Made by a program: the position numbers and the translations under genes. DNA of 64,000 nt, from contig CBFIBS010000003.1 of the NCBI GenBank assembly GCA_965660945.1, positions 1,843-65,842 of the forward strand, in the 5' to 3' direction. Shown in pieces: positions 30,764 through 38,958 of the stretch. Source of the stretch: Alphaproteobacteria bacterium. GTDB lineage: Bacteria > Pseudomonadota > Alphaproteobacteria > UBA7985. A model generated the notes under the pieces. The model ran no database searches. It was not told the origin of the DNA and was given only the letters and a program-made list of their open reading frames with translations. Each line of letters begins with the position of its first letter. Position 1 is the stretch's first letter.

Positions 30764-32170
30764 ATGTTTACCGTAGCCCTCATCGGCCGACCCAATGTCG
30801 GCAAGTCGACCCTGTTCAACAAGCTGATCGGTCGCAAGCGTGCCATCGTCCACGATGAGCCGGGGGTGACCCGCGACTGGCGTGAGGGCGAGGTGAAGAT
30901 CGGCGGTACGTCGTTCCGCGTCCTCGACACGGCCGGCTTGGAAGAGGCCTTCGACGACAGCCTTGCCGCACGCATGCGGCAGCAGACCGAGCAGGCGCTT
31001 GAGCAGGCTGATCTGGCGCTGTTCATGATCGATGCCCGGGTCGGTATTACCCCGACCGACGAGCACTTCTCCAAGTGGCTGCGGACAGCGGGGATCGAGA
31101 CCTGGGTGATCGCCAACAAGTGTGAGGGCCGGGCTGGGAATGCTGGTATTCTGGATGCCTATAGCCTCGGGCACGGTGACGTGCTGCCGCTGTCCGCCGA
31201 GCACGGGGATGGTCTGGGCGGGCTGTACTCGGACCTGGTGCAGCGCATCGCCGAGGAGCCTGAGGGCGATGAGCCCGATGATGACGGCCTCAATCTCGCC
31301 GCTGCGGCTGAGGCGGAGGAAGCCCAAGACGGGCGATCCTACGAGATCCGGCCCCACCGCCCTTTGCATCTGGTGGTCGCCGGGCGGCCGAATGTCGGCA
31401 AGTCGACGCTGATCAACCGCCTGCTGGGGCAGGATCGCCTGCTGACCGGCCCCGAGGCAGGGATCACGCGCGACGCGATTGTCGTCGACCTGCGGTGGCA
31501 GGACCGGGCGATCCGACTGTGGGATACAGCGGGATTGCGCCGCAAGGCGAACGTCCGCGACAAGCTCGAGACCATGTCGAACCAGGATACGCTGCGCGCC
31601 ATCCGTTTTGCCGAGGTCGTGTTGCTGTTGCTGGATTCCGACGGGGTGCTGGACCGGCAGGATCTGACCATCGCACGGCAGGTGCTGGACGAGGGCCGCG
31701 CGCTGATCATCGGGGTGAACAAGTGGGACCAGGTCGAGGACCCTAAGGCGGTCATGGGTCGGCTGGGTGACCGGCTGCAAACGTCTCTGGCGCAGGCCAA
31801 GGGCGTGATCACCATGCCGCTGTCGGGGCAGGAGGGCTATAACCTCGACCGGGTGCTGGAGACGGCTTTCGAGGCGCGCAAGACCTGGTCAACGCGGCTG
31901 TCGACCTCGCTGTTGAACAAGTGGTTGAGCTATCACACCGAACGCCATCCGCCGCCGTTGGTCGCCGGACGCCGGATCAAACTGCGCTACGCGACGCAGG
32001 TGAAGTCACGGCCGCCGACTTTTGCGATTTTCGGTTCGCGGATTTCTGAACTGCCGGGGTCGTACCAGGGCTATCTGATCAATGCGTTGCGGGAGGACTT
32101 TGACCTGTGGGGGACGCCGATCCGGCTGCTGCTGCGGGCGGGTCAGAACCCGTACTCTTCGAAGGATTGA
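30764..32170 (+). CDS. der: Ribosome biogenesis GTPase Der (EngA), tandem G-domains plus KH-like domain
   Basis: Two GxxxxGKS G1 motifs (GRPNVGKST twice) and a C-terminal KH-like domain. Confidence 0.9.
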   Translation: MFTVALIGRPNVGKSTLFNKLIGRKRAIVHDEPGVTRDWREGEVKIGGTSFRVLDTAGLEEAFDDSLAARMRQQTEQALEQADLALFMIDARVGITPTDEHFSKWLRTAGIETWVIANKCEGRAGNAGILDAYSLGHGDVLPLSAEHGDGLGGLYSDLVQRIAEEPEGDEPDDDGLNLAAAAEAEEAQDGRSYEIRPHRPLHLVVAGRPNVGKSTLINRLLGQDRLLTGPEAGITRDAIVVDLRWQDRAIRLWDTAGLRRKANVRDKLETMSNQDTLRAIRFAEVVLLLLDSDGVLDRQDLTIARQVLDEGRALIIGVNKWDQVEDPKAVMGRLGDRLQTSLAQAKGVITMPLSGQEGYNLDRVLETAFEARKTWSTRLSTSLLNKWLSYHTERHPPPLVAGRRIKLRYATQVKSRPPTFAIFGSRISELPGSYQGYLINALREDFDLWGTPIRLLLRAGQNPYSSKD

Positions 32171-32298
32171 TGGGCGGGCCGAGCGGAGCGAGGCCTGCGC
32201 GACGCTTGGCCCCGCCGCGCGAAGCGCGGTCGGGGACAAGTCGGCGCAATAAGCGTTACCTCACACGCAACACGCTAAGCAATAAGCGCAGAGTAAAG

Positions 32299-32339
32299 GT
32301 TGCGGGCTCGATTTGACGCCGCTTCGCGGCTTACAAATC
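32299..32339. repeat. 41-nt GC-rich palindromic repeat, copy 1 (gttgcgggctcgatttgacgccgcttcgcggcttacaaatc)
   Basis: Identical to the reverse complement of 47927..47967. Embedded in the convergent der/SDR spacer, which holds further CCGCGAAGCGG-type palindromes (32213-32230, 32421-32435). Confidence 0.7.
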
Positions 32340-32475
32340 TCCCCCGCGCAAATTTGCGGACAGGCCGTGCTGCGCCCGGCCTGGCGTCTTTGCTCTGAAG
32401 GTGCGCGTGGGAGGGCCGAAGGCCGCGAAGCGGCCAAGGCCCGAGCGCGCCACCAACCGCTGCCTGGCCATCGCC

Positions 32476-33258
32476 TCAGCCGGGCAGGTAGTGCCCGTTA
32501 TCCAGTCGGGTCCAGTTGTCTTCGTCGCCGGCCATTGGCTCCCAGCCTTCGATCTCCGCTCGCACCCGTGCACCGCTGACATCGCAGTCCGCGCGCGCCA
32601 GCTGCACGAACGTGCCGGTAATCGCCGATGCTTCCGGCAGTCGTTCCGGGTTTTCACCCGGGAAGGCGGCGGCCCGCATCTCGGTTCTGATCCGGCCCGG
32701 GTCGAGGATGTTGGCGCGGATCGGGGTGCCTTTGACCTCCATGGCGTAGCTCTGCAGCAGAAACTCCATCGCCGCCTTTGCCGTGCCATAGGGCGCCCAG
32801 TAGGGACGCGGGCCGATGGCCGCGCCGCTGGTGACCGCCACAATCCGCCCGGCATCCGAGGCCCGCAGCAGGTCGTGGAACGCGTAGAGCTGGTACTGCA
32901 AGGCGTTGAAGTTGGTCGCCATCACCCGGTCAAACTCCGCTGGCTCCATCTGCGAGACTGGCATCAGCGTGCCGAGCATCCCGGCGTTGGAGACCAGCAC
33001 ATCAAGCCGTCCGTAACGCTCATGAACGATGTTCGACAGCTCGATCGCCGGGTCGGGGCGCGAGACGTCGAAGGGCACCAGCACCGCGCGATCATAGCCC
33101 TGCGACCGCAGCGCATCGTCGAGCGCCTCAAGGTCATCGTTCGACCGCGCCGCCACCAGAATATCCGCGCCCTCGGCAGCAAAGCGCAGGGCGACAGCGC
33201 GCCCGATCCCCCGCGTCGCGCCCGTGATCAGCGCGAGACGTCCTTCAAGCAGGCCCAT
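32476..33258 (-). CDS. SDR family NAD(P)-dependent oxidoreductase
   Basis: TGATRGIG Rossmann motif, NAG, and the YxxxK catalytic motif (YGTAKAA). Confidence 0.8.
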   Translation of the reverse strand: MGLLEGRLALITGATRGIGRAVALRFAAEGADILVAARSNDDLEALDDALRSQGYDRAVLVPFDVSRPDPAIELSNIVHERYGRLDVLVSNAGMLGTLMPVSQMEPAEFDRVMATNFNALQYQLYAFHDLLRASDAGRIVAVTSGAAIGPRPYWAPYGTAKAAMEFLLQSYAMEVKGTPIRANILDPGRIRTEMRAAAFPGENPERLPEASAITGTFVQLARADCDVSGARVRAEIEGWEPMAGDEDNWTRLDNGHYLPG

Positions 33259-33278
33259 GGTCAGTTTTCGCTTTCGCT

Positions 33279-33932
33279 TCAGTTTTCATTCGATGAGATC
33301 AGCCCGGCGATGGGGTCGTCGTCCGCGCTGGTGAGGACGGGCGCAGCCGCCTGAATCTCGTCCTCATCGGCGCCGTGCCCCAGAACCGGGTTGGCTTCGC
33401 GCATGGCGTCCCAGGCGTCAAGGATCAGCAGCTGGGTCTCGTCGCTCTGCAGAAAGGGTGCCTGCTCGGCCAGTTCCAGCATGGTGATCGAAGCCGTATG
33501 GACGTAGGGCAGCAGCCGCGTCTGTTGCACGGTCGGGTCTTCGGCCTTGATCTGAAAGGTCAGCACCGCGCCGATCCACGCCAGCCCTGCGATCGCCCAG
33601 CCGAGCACGAAGCCAAAGGCGAGTCCGACCAGATGATCAAGGAAGCGGATCGATCTGGCCCGCACCAGCCGGAACAGCGGGATGGTCAGGATCGCCGCGA
33701 CAACAAAGGTTCCGACGAACACCAGCCCCCCGGCCATGGCCCGGGCGATGGTCTCGCTGTCGACCCAGCCGCTGGTGAAGCTGTCGAACACGAAGCCGCT
33801 GAAGTTCAGGGCGACGTAGAGCGCAACCGCAAAGCAGGCCACCAGCATCAGCTGCCGGATGAAACCCCACATCAGCGAGTACAGGCTCGTCACTGCGATG
33901 ACGAAAATGATGGCAATATCAACCCAGTTCAT
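33279..33932 (-). CDS. cvpA: CvpA family membrane protein
   Basis: MNWVDIAIIFVIAVTSLYSLMWGFIRQL... Four TM helices. Conserved radA-cvpA neighbourhood. Confidence 0.7.
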   Translation of the reverse strand: MNWVDIAIIFVIAVTSLYSLMWGFIRQLMLVACFAVALYVALNFSGFVFDSFTSGWVDSETIARAMAGGLVFVGTFVVAAILTIPLFRLVRARSIRFLDHLVGLAFGFVLGWAIAGLAWIGAVLTFQIKAEDPTVQQTRLLPYVHTASITMLELAEQAPFLQSDETQLLILDAWDAMREANPVLGHGADEDEIQAAAPVLTSADDDPIAGLISSNEN

Positions 33933-34048
33933 GCGTCTTCCCGGTCCTTCGCTTGATCCAGGGTCCCAACCTCCGTCCCAGCCCCGGCAGAAGCCTCCGC
34001 TTCTCCACTGTTCCGGCCGATCGGGGCGTATAACGAATTTGTTGTAAC

Positions 34049-34158
34049 TCAGATCAGGCCTTTGAGGAAATGACCTTATCGTCTCCAGCCGTGCAAATTT
34101 GCTGCGCCTCACTCGAAAGTGCGGCGCCTCTGCCGAAACCGCAGCCTGCCTGATCTGA
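34049..34158. repeat. 110-nt element bounded by 11-bp inverted repeats (TCAGATCAGGC / GCCTGATCTGA) with internal hairpins; MITE-like or structured RNA
   Basis: Read directly. The interior holds GCTGCG..CGCAGC and CACTCGAAAGTG stems and a GCAAATTTGC motif shared with the 32.3-kb repeat locus. Confidence 0.4.
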
Positions 34159-34235
34159 GCCCGCTTCGCGGCTCGACCAAGGCCCGCGCGGCTGCCGTTT
34201 CATCGGGTGTTCCAGCGGGTTTTCAAGCGGGCGTT

Positions 34236-35750
34236 CTAAACGTCGTTCCCGCCGTCGTCACCGCTGTCCTTCCGGCGGCGACTGATGCCCAGAAAACCGG
34301 TGAGGTCGGTCACGTGCCGAGTGTGGTGCTCGTTGAGACCCGAGGGCGCGCGCTTCGCCTTGCCGCGGGCGGGCGGGAAGGGTGCAACAGCGGTCTCGAA
34401 GCCGAGCTTGGCCGCCTCTTTCAGACGCTGAGGGGTCAGGGGCACTGGCCGCACTTCGCCGGTCAGCCCGATTTCGCCGAACAGCACGGTATCGGCGGGC
34501 ACGGGCTGCTTGGAGATCGAGGAGACCAGCGCAGCAGCAACCGCCAGATCGGCGGCGGGTTCGCTCAGCCGGAGGCCTCCGGCGACGTTGAGAAACACGT
34601 CCTGGCTGGCGAAGCTGATGCCGCTGCGGCTCTCCAGCACGGCCAGCACCATGGCCAGCCGCCCGCTGTCCCAGCCGACGACGGTGCGTCGCGGCGTGCC
34701 CGGCGGCGAAGGATTGACCAGCGCCTGGATCTCGACCAGCACCGGCCGCGAGCCTTCGATCCCGGCGAACACAGCCGTGCCACTGGGCGGAGCGCCGCTG
34801 TCCGGGTCACCGCGCTGGCCCAGAAACAGACTGCTGGGGTTGATTACGGCGGCCAGTCCATCGCCGGCCATCTCGTAAACCCCGATTTCGTCGGCCGGGC
34901 CGAAGCGGTTCTTGATCGCGCGCAAAATCCGGAACGGATGGCCGCGCTCGCCCTCGAAGTGCAGGACGGCGTCGACCATGTGCTCGACCACCTTGGGGCC
35001 GGCGATCGAGCCTTCCTTGGTGACGTGGCCGACGAGGATAATCGCCGTCCCCCGGCGCTTGGCCAGTCCGATCAGTTCCTGCGCTGAGCCGCGCACCTGC
35101 GCCACCGTGCCCGGGGCGGATTCGAGCGTGTCCAGATACATGGTCTGGATGGAATCGATAATCAGCAGATCCGGCGCAGCCGGTCCGTCAAAGGTGGTCA
35201 GGATATCACGAACGGCGGTCCCGGCGGCGAGTTGGACCGGCGCATCGGCGGCTTCCAGCCGCTCAGCGCGCAACCGCACCTGGTCGACCGATTCCTCGCC
35301 GCTGACATAGGCCACCGACACCGGCGCGCGCCCGTCGCTGTCGCCACCGCGCGCAAGCTTGGCGGCGGTCTGCAGCAGCAGGGTCGACTTGCCGATCCCC
35401 GGGTCACCGCCAATCAGCAGCGCCGAGCCGGGGACCAACCCGCCGCCCGTCACCCGGTCCAGTTCGGCATCTCCGGTCGAGAGCCGGGGCGGGGGTTCCG
35501 CCGCGCCGGTCAGTTCGACGAGGTTCAATGCCAATCCGTCGGCGCGACCCCTGCTGCCGCCGCCGCTGCCGCTGCCGCCGCTGCCAAAGCCACTGCCGCC
35601 GCCCTTTTTGCCCAGACCGCCCGGCGTGCCGGTGCTGATCGCTTCTTCGACCAGCGTGTTCCAGCCCCCGCACTGCTCGCACTTGCCCGACCAGCGCGAG
35701 TGGGACGCGCCGCAGTCCTGGCAGACGTAGTGGGAGCGGGCGCGGGCCAT
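34236..35750 (-). CDS. radA: DNA repair protein RadA/Sms
   Basis: N-terminal C4 zinc finger (CQDCGASHSRWSGKCEQCGGWN), RecA-like ATPase (GGDPGIGKSTLLLQ), KNRFG motif, Lon-like C-terminal domain. A Gly-rich insertion follows the zinc finger. Confidence 0.9.
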   Translation of the reverse strand: MARARSHYVCQDCGASHSRWSGKCEQCGGWNTLVEEAISTGTPGGLGKKGGGSGFGSGGSGSGGGSRGRADGLALNLVELTGAAEPPPRLSTGDAELDRVTGGGLVPGSALLIGGDPGIGKSTLLLQTAAKLARGGDSDGRAPVSVAYVSGEESVDQVRLRAERLEAADAPVQLAAGTAVRDILTTFDGPAAPDLLIIDSIQTMYLDTLESAPGTVAQVRGSAQELIGLAKRRGTAIILVGHVTKEGSIAGPKVVEHMVDAVLHFEGERGHPFRILRAIKNRFGPADEIGVYEMAGDGLAAVINPSSLFLGQRGDPDSGAPPSGTAVFAGIEGSRPVLVEIQALVNPSPPGTPRRTVVGWDSGRLAMVLAVLESRSGISFASQDVFLNVAGGLRLSEPAADLAVAAALVSSISKQPVPADTVLFGEIGLTGEVRPVPLTPQRLKEAAKLGFETAVAPFPPARGKAKRAPSGLNEHHTRHVTDLTGFLGISRRRKDSGDDGGNDV

Positions 35751-36487
35751 CAGTCGCGCCCCCGCAGGAAGGCCTGCAGCGGCTCAAAACCGCTGTCGTC
35801 GAGTTGATCGACCGGGCCTTCCCAGCCAATCTCGCCCTCCCACAGGAAGGCCACCCGCTGGCACACCCGGCGCACCGAGGCGAGGTCGTGGGTGATCATC
35901 ACCGCCGTCGCCCCTGTCCGGTCCACAGTCTCGGCCATGAGCGCGTCGATACGCCCGGCGGACAGCGGGTCCAGCCCCGTCGTTGGCTCGTCAAAGAACA
36001 GCACTTCGGGCTCGGCGGCCAGCGCCCGGGCCAGCCCGGCGCGTTTCTGCTGCCCGCCCGAGAGATCCGCCGGGCGACGATCGGCCAGCGCCCGGTCCAG
36101 CCCGACTGCGTCGAGCATCTCCAGCGCCCGGTCGCGGCTCTCTGCGCGACTTAAGCCCTCGGCGTGGAGCAGGCGGAAACCAATGTTCTCCCAGATCGAC
36201 AGTGAGTCGAACAGTGCGCCGCCCTGGAACAGCATGCCGATCCGGGCACGGGCCTCGCTGGCGCGCGCCGCAGGTTCGGCGAGCACGTCCACGCCGTCGA
36301 TCCGCACCGAACCGGCGGTGGCGGGCAGCAGGCCGAGGATGGCCTTCAGGGTCACGGATTTACCGGTCCCTGAGCCGCCGAGCAGCGCGATGGTCTCCCC
36401 CGGCCGGGCCGAGAACTGCACCCGGCGCAGGATGTCCCGGCCGCCGAGGACGACCCGCAGGTCGGATATTTCAAGCGCAGCCGACAT
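35750..36487 (-). CDS. ABC transporter ATP-binding protein, MlaF-like
   Basis: Walker A GGSGTGKS, LSGGQQKR signature, Walker B. Translationally coupled to the upstream permease. Confidence 0.75.
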   Translation of the reverse strand: MSAALEISDLRVVLGGRDILRRVQFSARPGETIALLGGSGTGKSVTLKAILGLLPATAGSVRIDGVDVLAEPAARASEARARIGMLFQGGALFDSLSIWENIGFRLLHAEGLSRAESRDRALEMLDAVGLDRALADRRPADLSGGQQKRAGLARALAAEPEVLFFDEPTTGLDPLSAGRIDALMAETVDRTGATAVMITHDLASVRRVCQRVAFLWEGEIGWEGPVDQLDDSGFEPLQAFLRGRD

Positions 36488-37275
36488 CAGACGACCCCGA
36501 ACAACAGCGCGGTGAGCAGGAAATTCGACGCCAGAATGGCGATGGCGCCCGAGACGACAGCCGCCGTTGTTGCCCTGCCCACGCCTTCGGCGCCTGCGCG
36601 GGCAGCAAAGCCGTGGTAGCAGCCCATGACCGCGATCAGGTAGCCGAAGACCGCTGCCTTGATCAGGCCGCTGAACAGGTCTCCCCCGGTCAGAAATCGC
36701 ATGACGTTGCTGATGAACAGCGGCCCGTCGAAGCCCAGCTGGCCGACGGCGACAGCGTAACCGCCGAGGATACCGATGACGTCAGCGACCAGCACCAGCA
36801 GCGGCAGCGACAGCGTTGCTGCGAGGATCCGGGGCGCCACCAGATAGCGCATGGGGTCGACCCGCAGCGTGCTCAGCGCGTCGATCTGCTCAGTCACGCG
36901 CATGGCACCCAGCTCCGCCGCCATGGCCGCGCCCATCCGGCCCGAGACCATCAGGCCCGCCAGCACCGGCCCCAGCTCCCGCGCGATCGACAGGGCGACA
37001 ACCTGCGGCACCGCGTCTTCGGCGCTGAAGCGCTCGAAACCGGTGTGGCTTTGCAGCGCCAGCACCATGCCGGTGAACAGCGCCGTCAGCCCGACAACGG
37101 GCAGGGAGAAATAGAAGAACTCGGCCACCTGCGCGACAAAGATGCGCGGGTAAAAGGGTGGGGTGAACAGCCGCCAGGTCGCCTGAAACGCAAACAGCGT
37201 GCGCGCACCCAGACCCGCGAGCAGCGACAGCAAGCCCGCGCCAATCTGCGCCAATCCGTCGGTTATCCAAGCCAC
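36487..37275 (-). CDS. ABC transporter permease, MlaE family
   Basis: 262 aa, 5-6 TM helices. MlaE-like conserved TEQIDAL motif. Confidence 0.75.
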   Translation of the reverse strand: MAWITDGLAQIGAGLLSLLAGLGARTLFAFQATWRLFTPPFYPRIFVAQVAEFFYFSLPVVGLTALFTGMVLALQSHTGFERFSAEDAVPQVVALSIARELGPVLAGLMVSGRMGAAMAAELGAMRVTEQIDALSTLRVDPMRYLVAPRILAATLSLPLLVLVADVIGILGGYAVAVGQLGFDGPLFISNVMRFLTGGDLFSGLIKAAVFGYLIAVMGCYHGFAARAGAEGVGRATTAAVVSGAIAILASNFLLTALLFGVV

Positions 37276-37313
37276 TGTGCTGCCGTTGTCCTCATTCGCC
37301 CTTCACGGGTGGT

Positions 37314-38408
37314 CTACGCGCTGAGATAGACCCTTTTCGCCCGGCGCGAAAGGCTGGTCAGGATTTCATAGTTGATGGTGCCTGCGCTCTCGGCGAAGCG
37401 CTCCAGCGGCAGACCCGGGCCGATAACGGTCGCCGACGCGCCCACCCGCTGCGACCCGGCCGGCAGGTCGGTCAGGTCGAGCACCACCGTATCCATGGAT
37501 ACCCGGCCAACCTGGGGCGCCGCATGGCCGTCGATGGCCACTGAAACCCGGTCGGACGCCGCGCGGGGCCAGCCGTCCGCGTAGCCCAGCGCCACCACAC
37601 CCAGCACGCTCTCCCGCGCCGTGGTCCAGGTCCCGCCGTAGCCCACCGGGCTGCCCGCCGGCACCTGTCGCACCTGAATCAGTGGCGCGTGCAGGCTGAC
37701 CACGGGCGTCAACGGATGCGGCTGGCCGTGGCAGGGGTTTGCGCCGTAGAGCGCCACGCCCGGCCGGCCCAGTCCGATGCGGCAGAAATCCTCGCCCAGA
37801 AAGTGCCCCGAGCTGTTGATCAGGGAGGCTGTAAACCCTTCCGCGCCGGGTCCGGCCTGCTCCATGGCGTCGGTAAAGGCCGCCAGCTGGCTGCGGTTGG
37901 AGGGCGCAGCCGCGTCTTCCGCCTCGGCCAGATGCGACATGAGCAGGCGCCGGGATGCTGAGCGCCAGACTTCGCTGTTAAAAAGGCCAGCCGCAGCCGC
38001 AGGGCTCAGGCCCAGCCGGTTCATACCGGTGTCGACGTGGACCACCAGTTCTGTGGGCAGGCTTCCCCGAGCTTGCGACCAGACCTGCACCTGCTCCGGG
38101 GTGTTGAGCACGGGGGTCAGAGCCTCCCGGGCAAAGGCAGATGGGTCGGACAGGCCTTCGAGCACCCCGATCCAAGGCGCCCCGCCGAGGATGGCACGCA
38201 GGCGGCAGCCCTCGTCCAGCGTCGCCACGAAAAAGCGCTCGGCCCCCGCCGCCAGCAGTGCCGGGCCGCAGTCTGCCGCGCCAAGGCCATAGGCGTCGGC
38301 TTTGATCACCGCCGCCGAACCGCCGGCGCTGCGGGCATTCAGCGCGCGCCAGTTCGCGGCCAAGGCGCTGAGATCGATGCTCAGAGTGGGTCGAAAATCG
38401 TCGGTCAT
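37314..38408 (-). CDS. alr: Alanine racemase
   Basis: PLP-Lys motif AVIKADAYGLG. About 364 aa from the MTDDFRPTLSIDLSA start. Confidence 0.75.
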   Translation of the reverse strand: MTDDFRPTLSIDLSALAANWRALNARSAGGSAAVIKADAYGLGAADCGPALLAAGAERFFVATLDEGCRLRAILGGAPWIGVLEGLSDPSAFAREALTPVLNTPEQVQVWSQARGSLPTELVVHVDTGMNRLGLSPAAAAGLFNSEVWRSASRRLLMSHLAEAEDAAAPSNRSQLAAFTDAMEQAGPGAEGFTASLINSSGHFLGEDFCRIGLGRPGVALYGANPCHGQPHPLTPVVSLHAPLIQVRQVPAGSPVGYGGTWTTARESVLGVVALGYADGWPRAASDRVSVAIDGHAAPQVGRVSMDTVVLDLTDLPAGSQRVGASATVIGPGLPLERFAESAGTINYEILTSLSRRAKRVYLSA

Positions 38409-38418
38409 GGGCGTCAGT

Positions 38419-38958
38419 CTAGGCGGAATCAGGGAGCGGATCGACAAAACAAAACTGCCCGGGGAAGTCCCACTCGATAAACGGGCCGTTCCAAGTGTCG
38501 ACGAAGCCTCTAATCCGGACTTCGCGCCCAAGCCAGCTTTCCGGGTCAGGCCAGTAGCGTCGGACGGTCCGCAGCGCCTGCCCCTGCAACGAGGCGGTGA
38601 AGTCCGTCTGATAGTCCGCACCGAAGTTCAGGAACCAGCGCTCCCGGCCTTCGAACACGTCAACCAACCGGCCTTCGACCTGCAGGAACGGCGCGGGCGG
38701 CGTCGACTGCCCGGCCAGCGCCTCGGCGCGATGCACCGCGCCCTCGGCTTCGTCGCAGGGCATGGGGAAACGATCGTCGCCGGACCAGTCCAGCGCCCCG
38801 AAGCGCGCCATGAGTGCACCGCGAAGGTCATTGCCCTCCAGCGTGGTCTCGGCTGTGGCCGCACCGGCTAGCCAGAGGCACCCTGAAAACGCTAGGGTGA
38901 GGATGGCTCTAGCGGAAGGACCGGGATCATTGAACGAAGACGCGAACAACGGACGCAC
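38419..38958 (-). CDS. Hypothetical secreted protein
   Basis: Signal-peptide-like LTLAFSGCLWLAGAATA. No family recognised. The annotated GTG start overlaps the polA 5' region, so the true start is probably internal. Confidence 0.35.
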   Translation of the reverse strand: MRPLFASSFNDPGPSARAILTLAFSGCLWLAGAATAETTLEGNDLRGALMARFGALDWSGDDRFPMPCDEAEGAVHRAEALAGQSTPPAPFLQVEGRLVDVFEGRERWFLNFGADYQTDFTASLQGQALRTVRRYWPDPESWLGREVRIRGFVDTWNGPFIEWDFPGQFCFVDPLPDSA

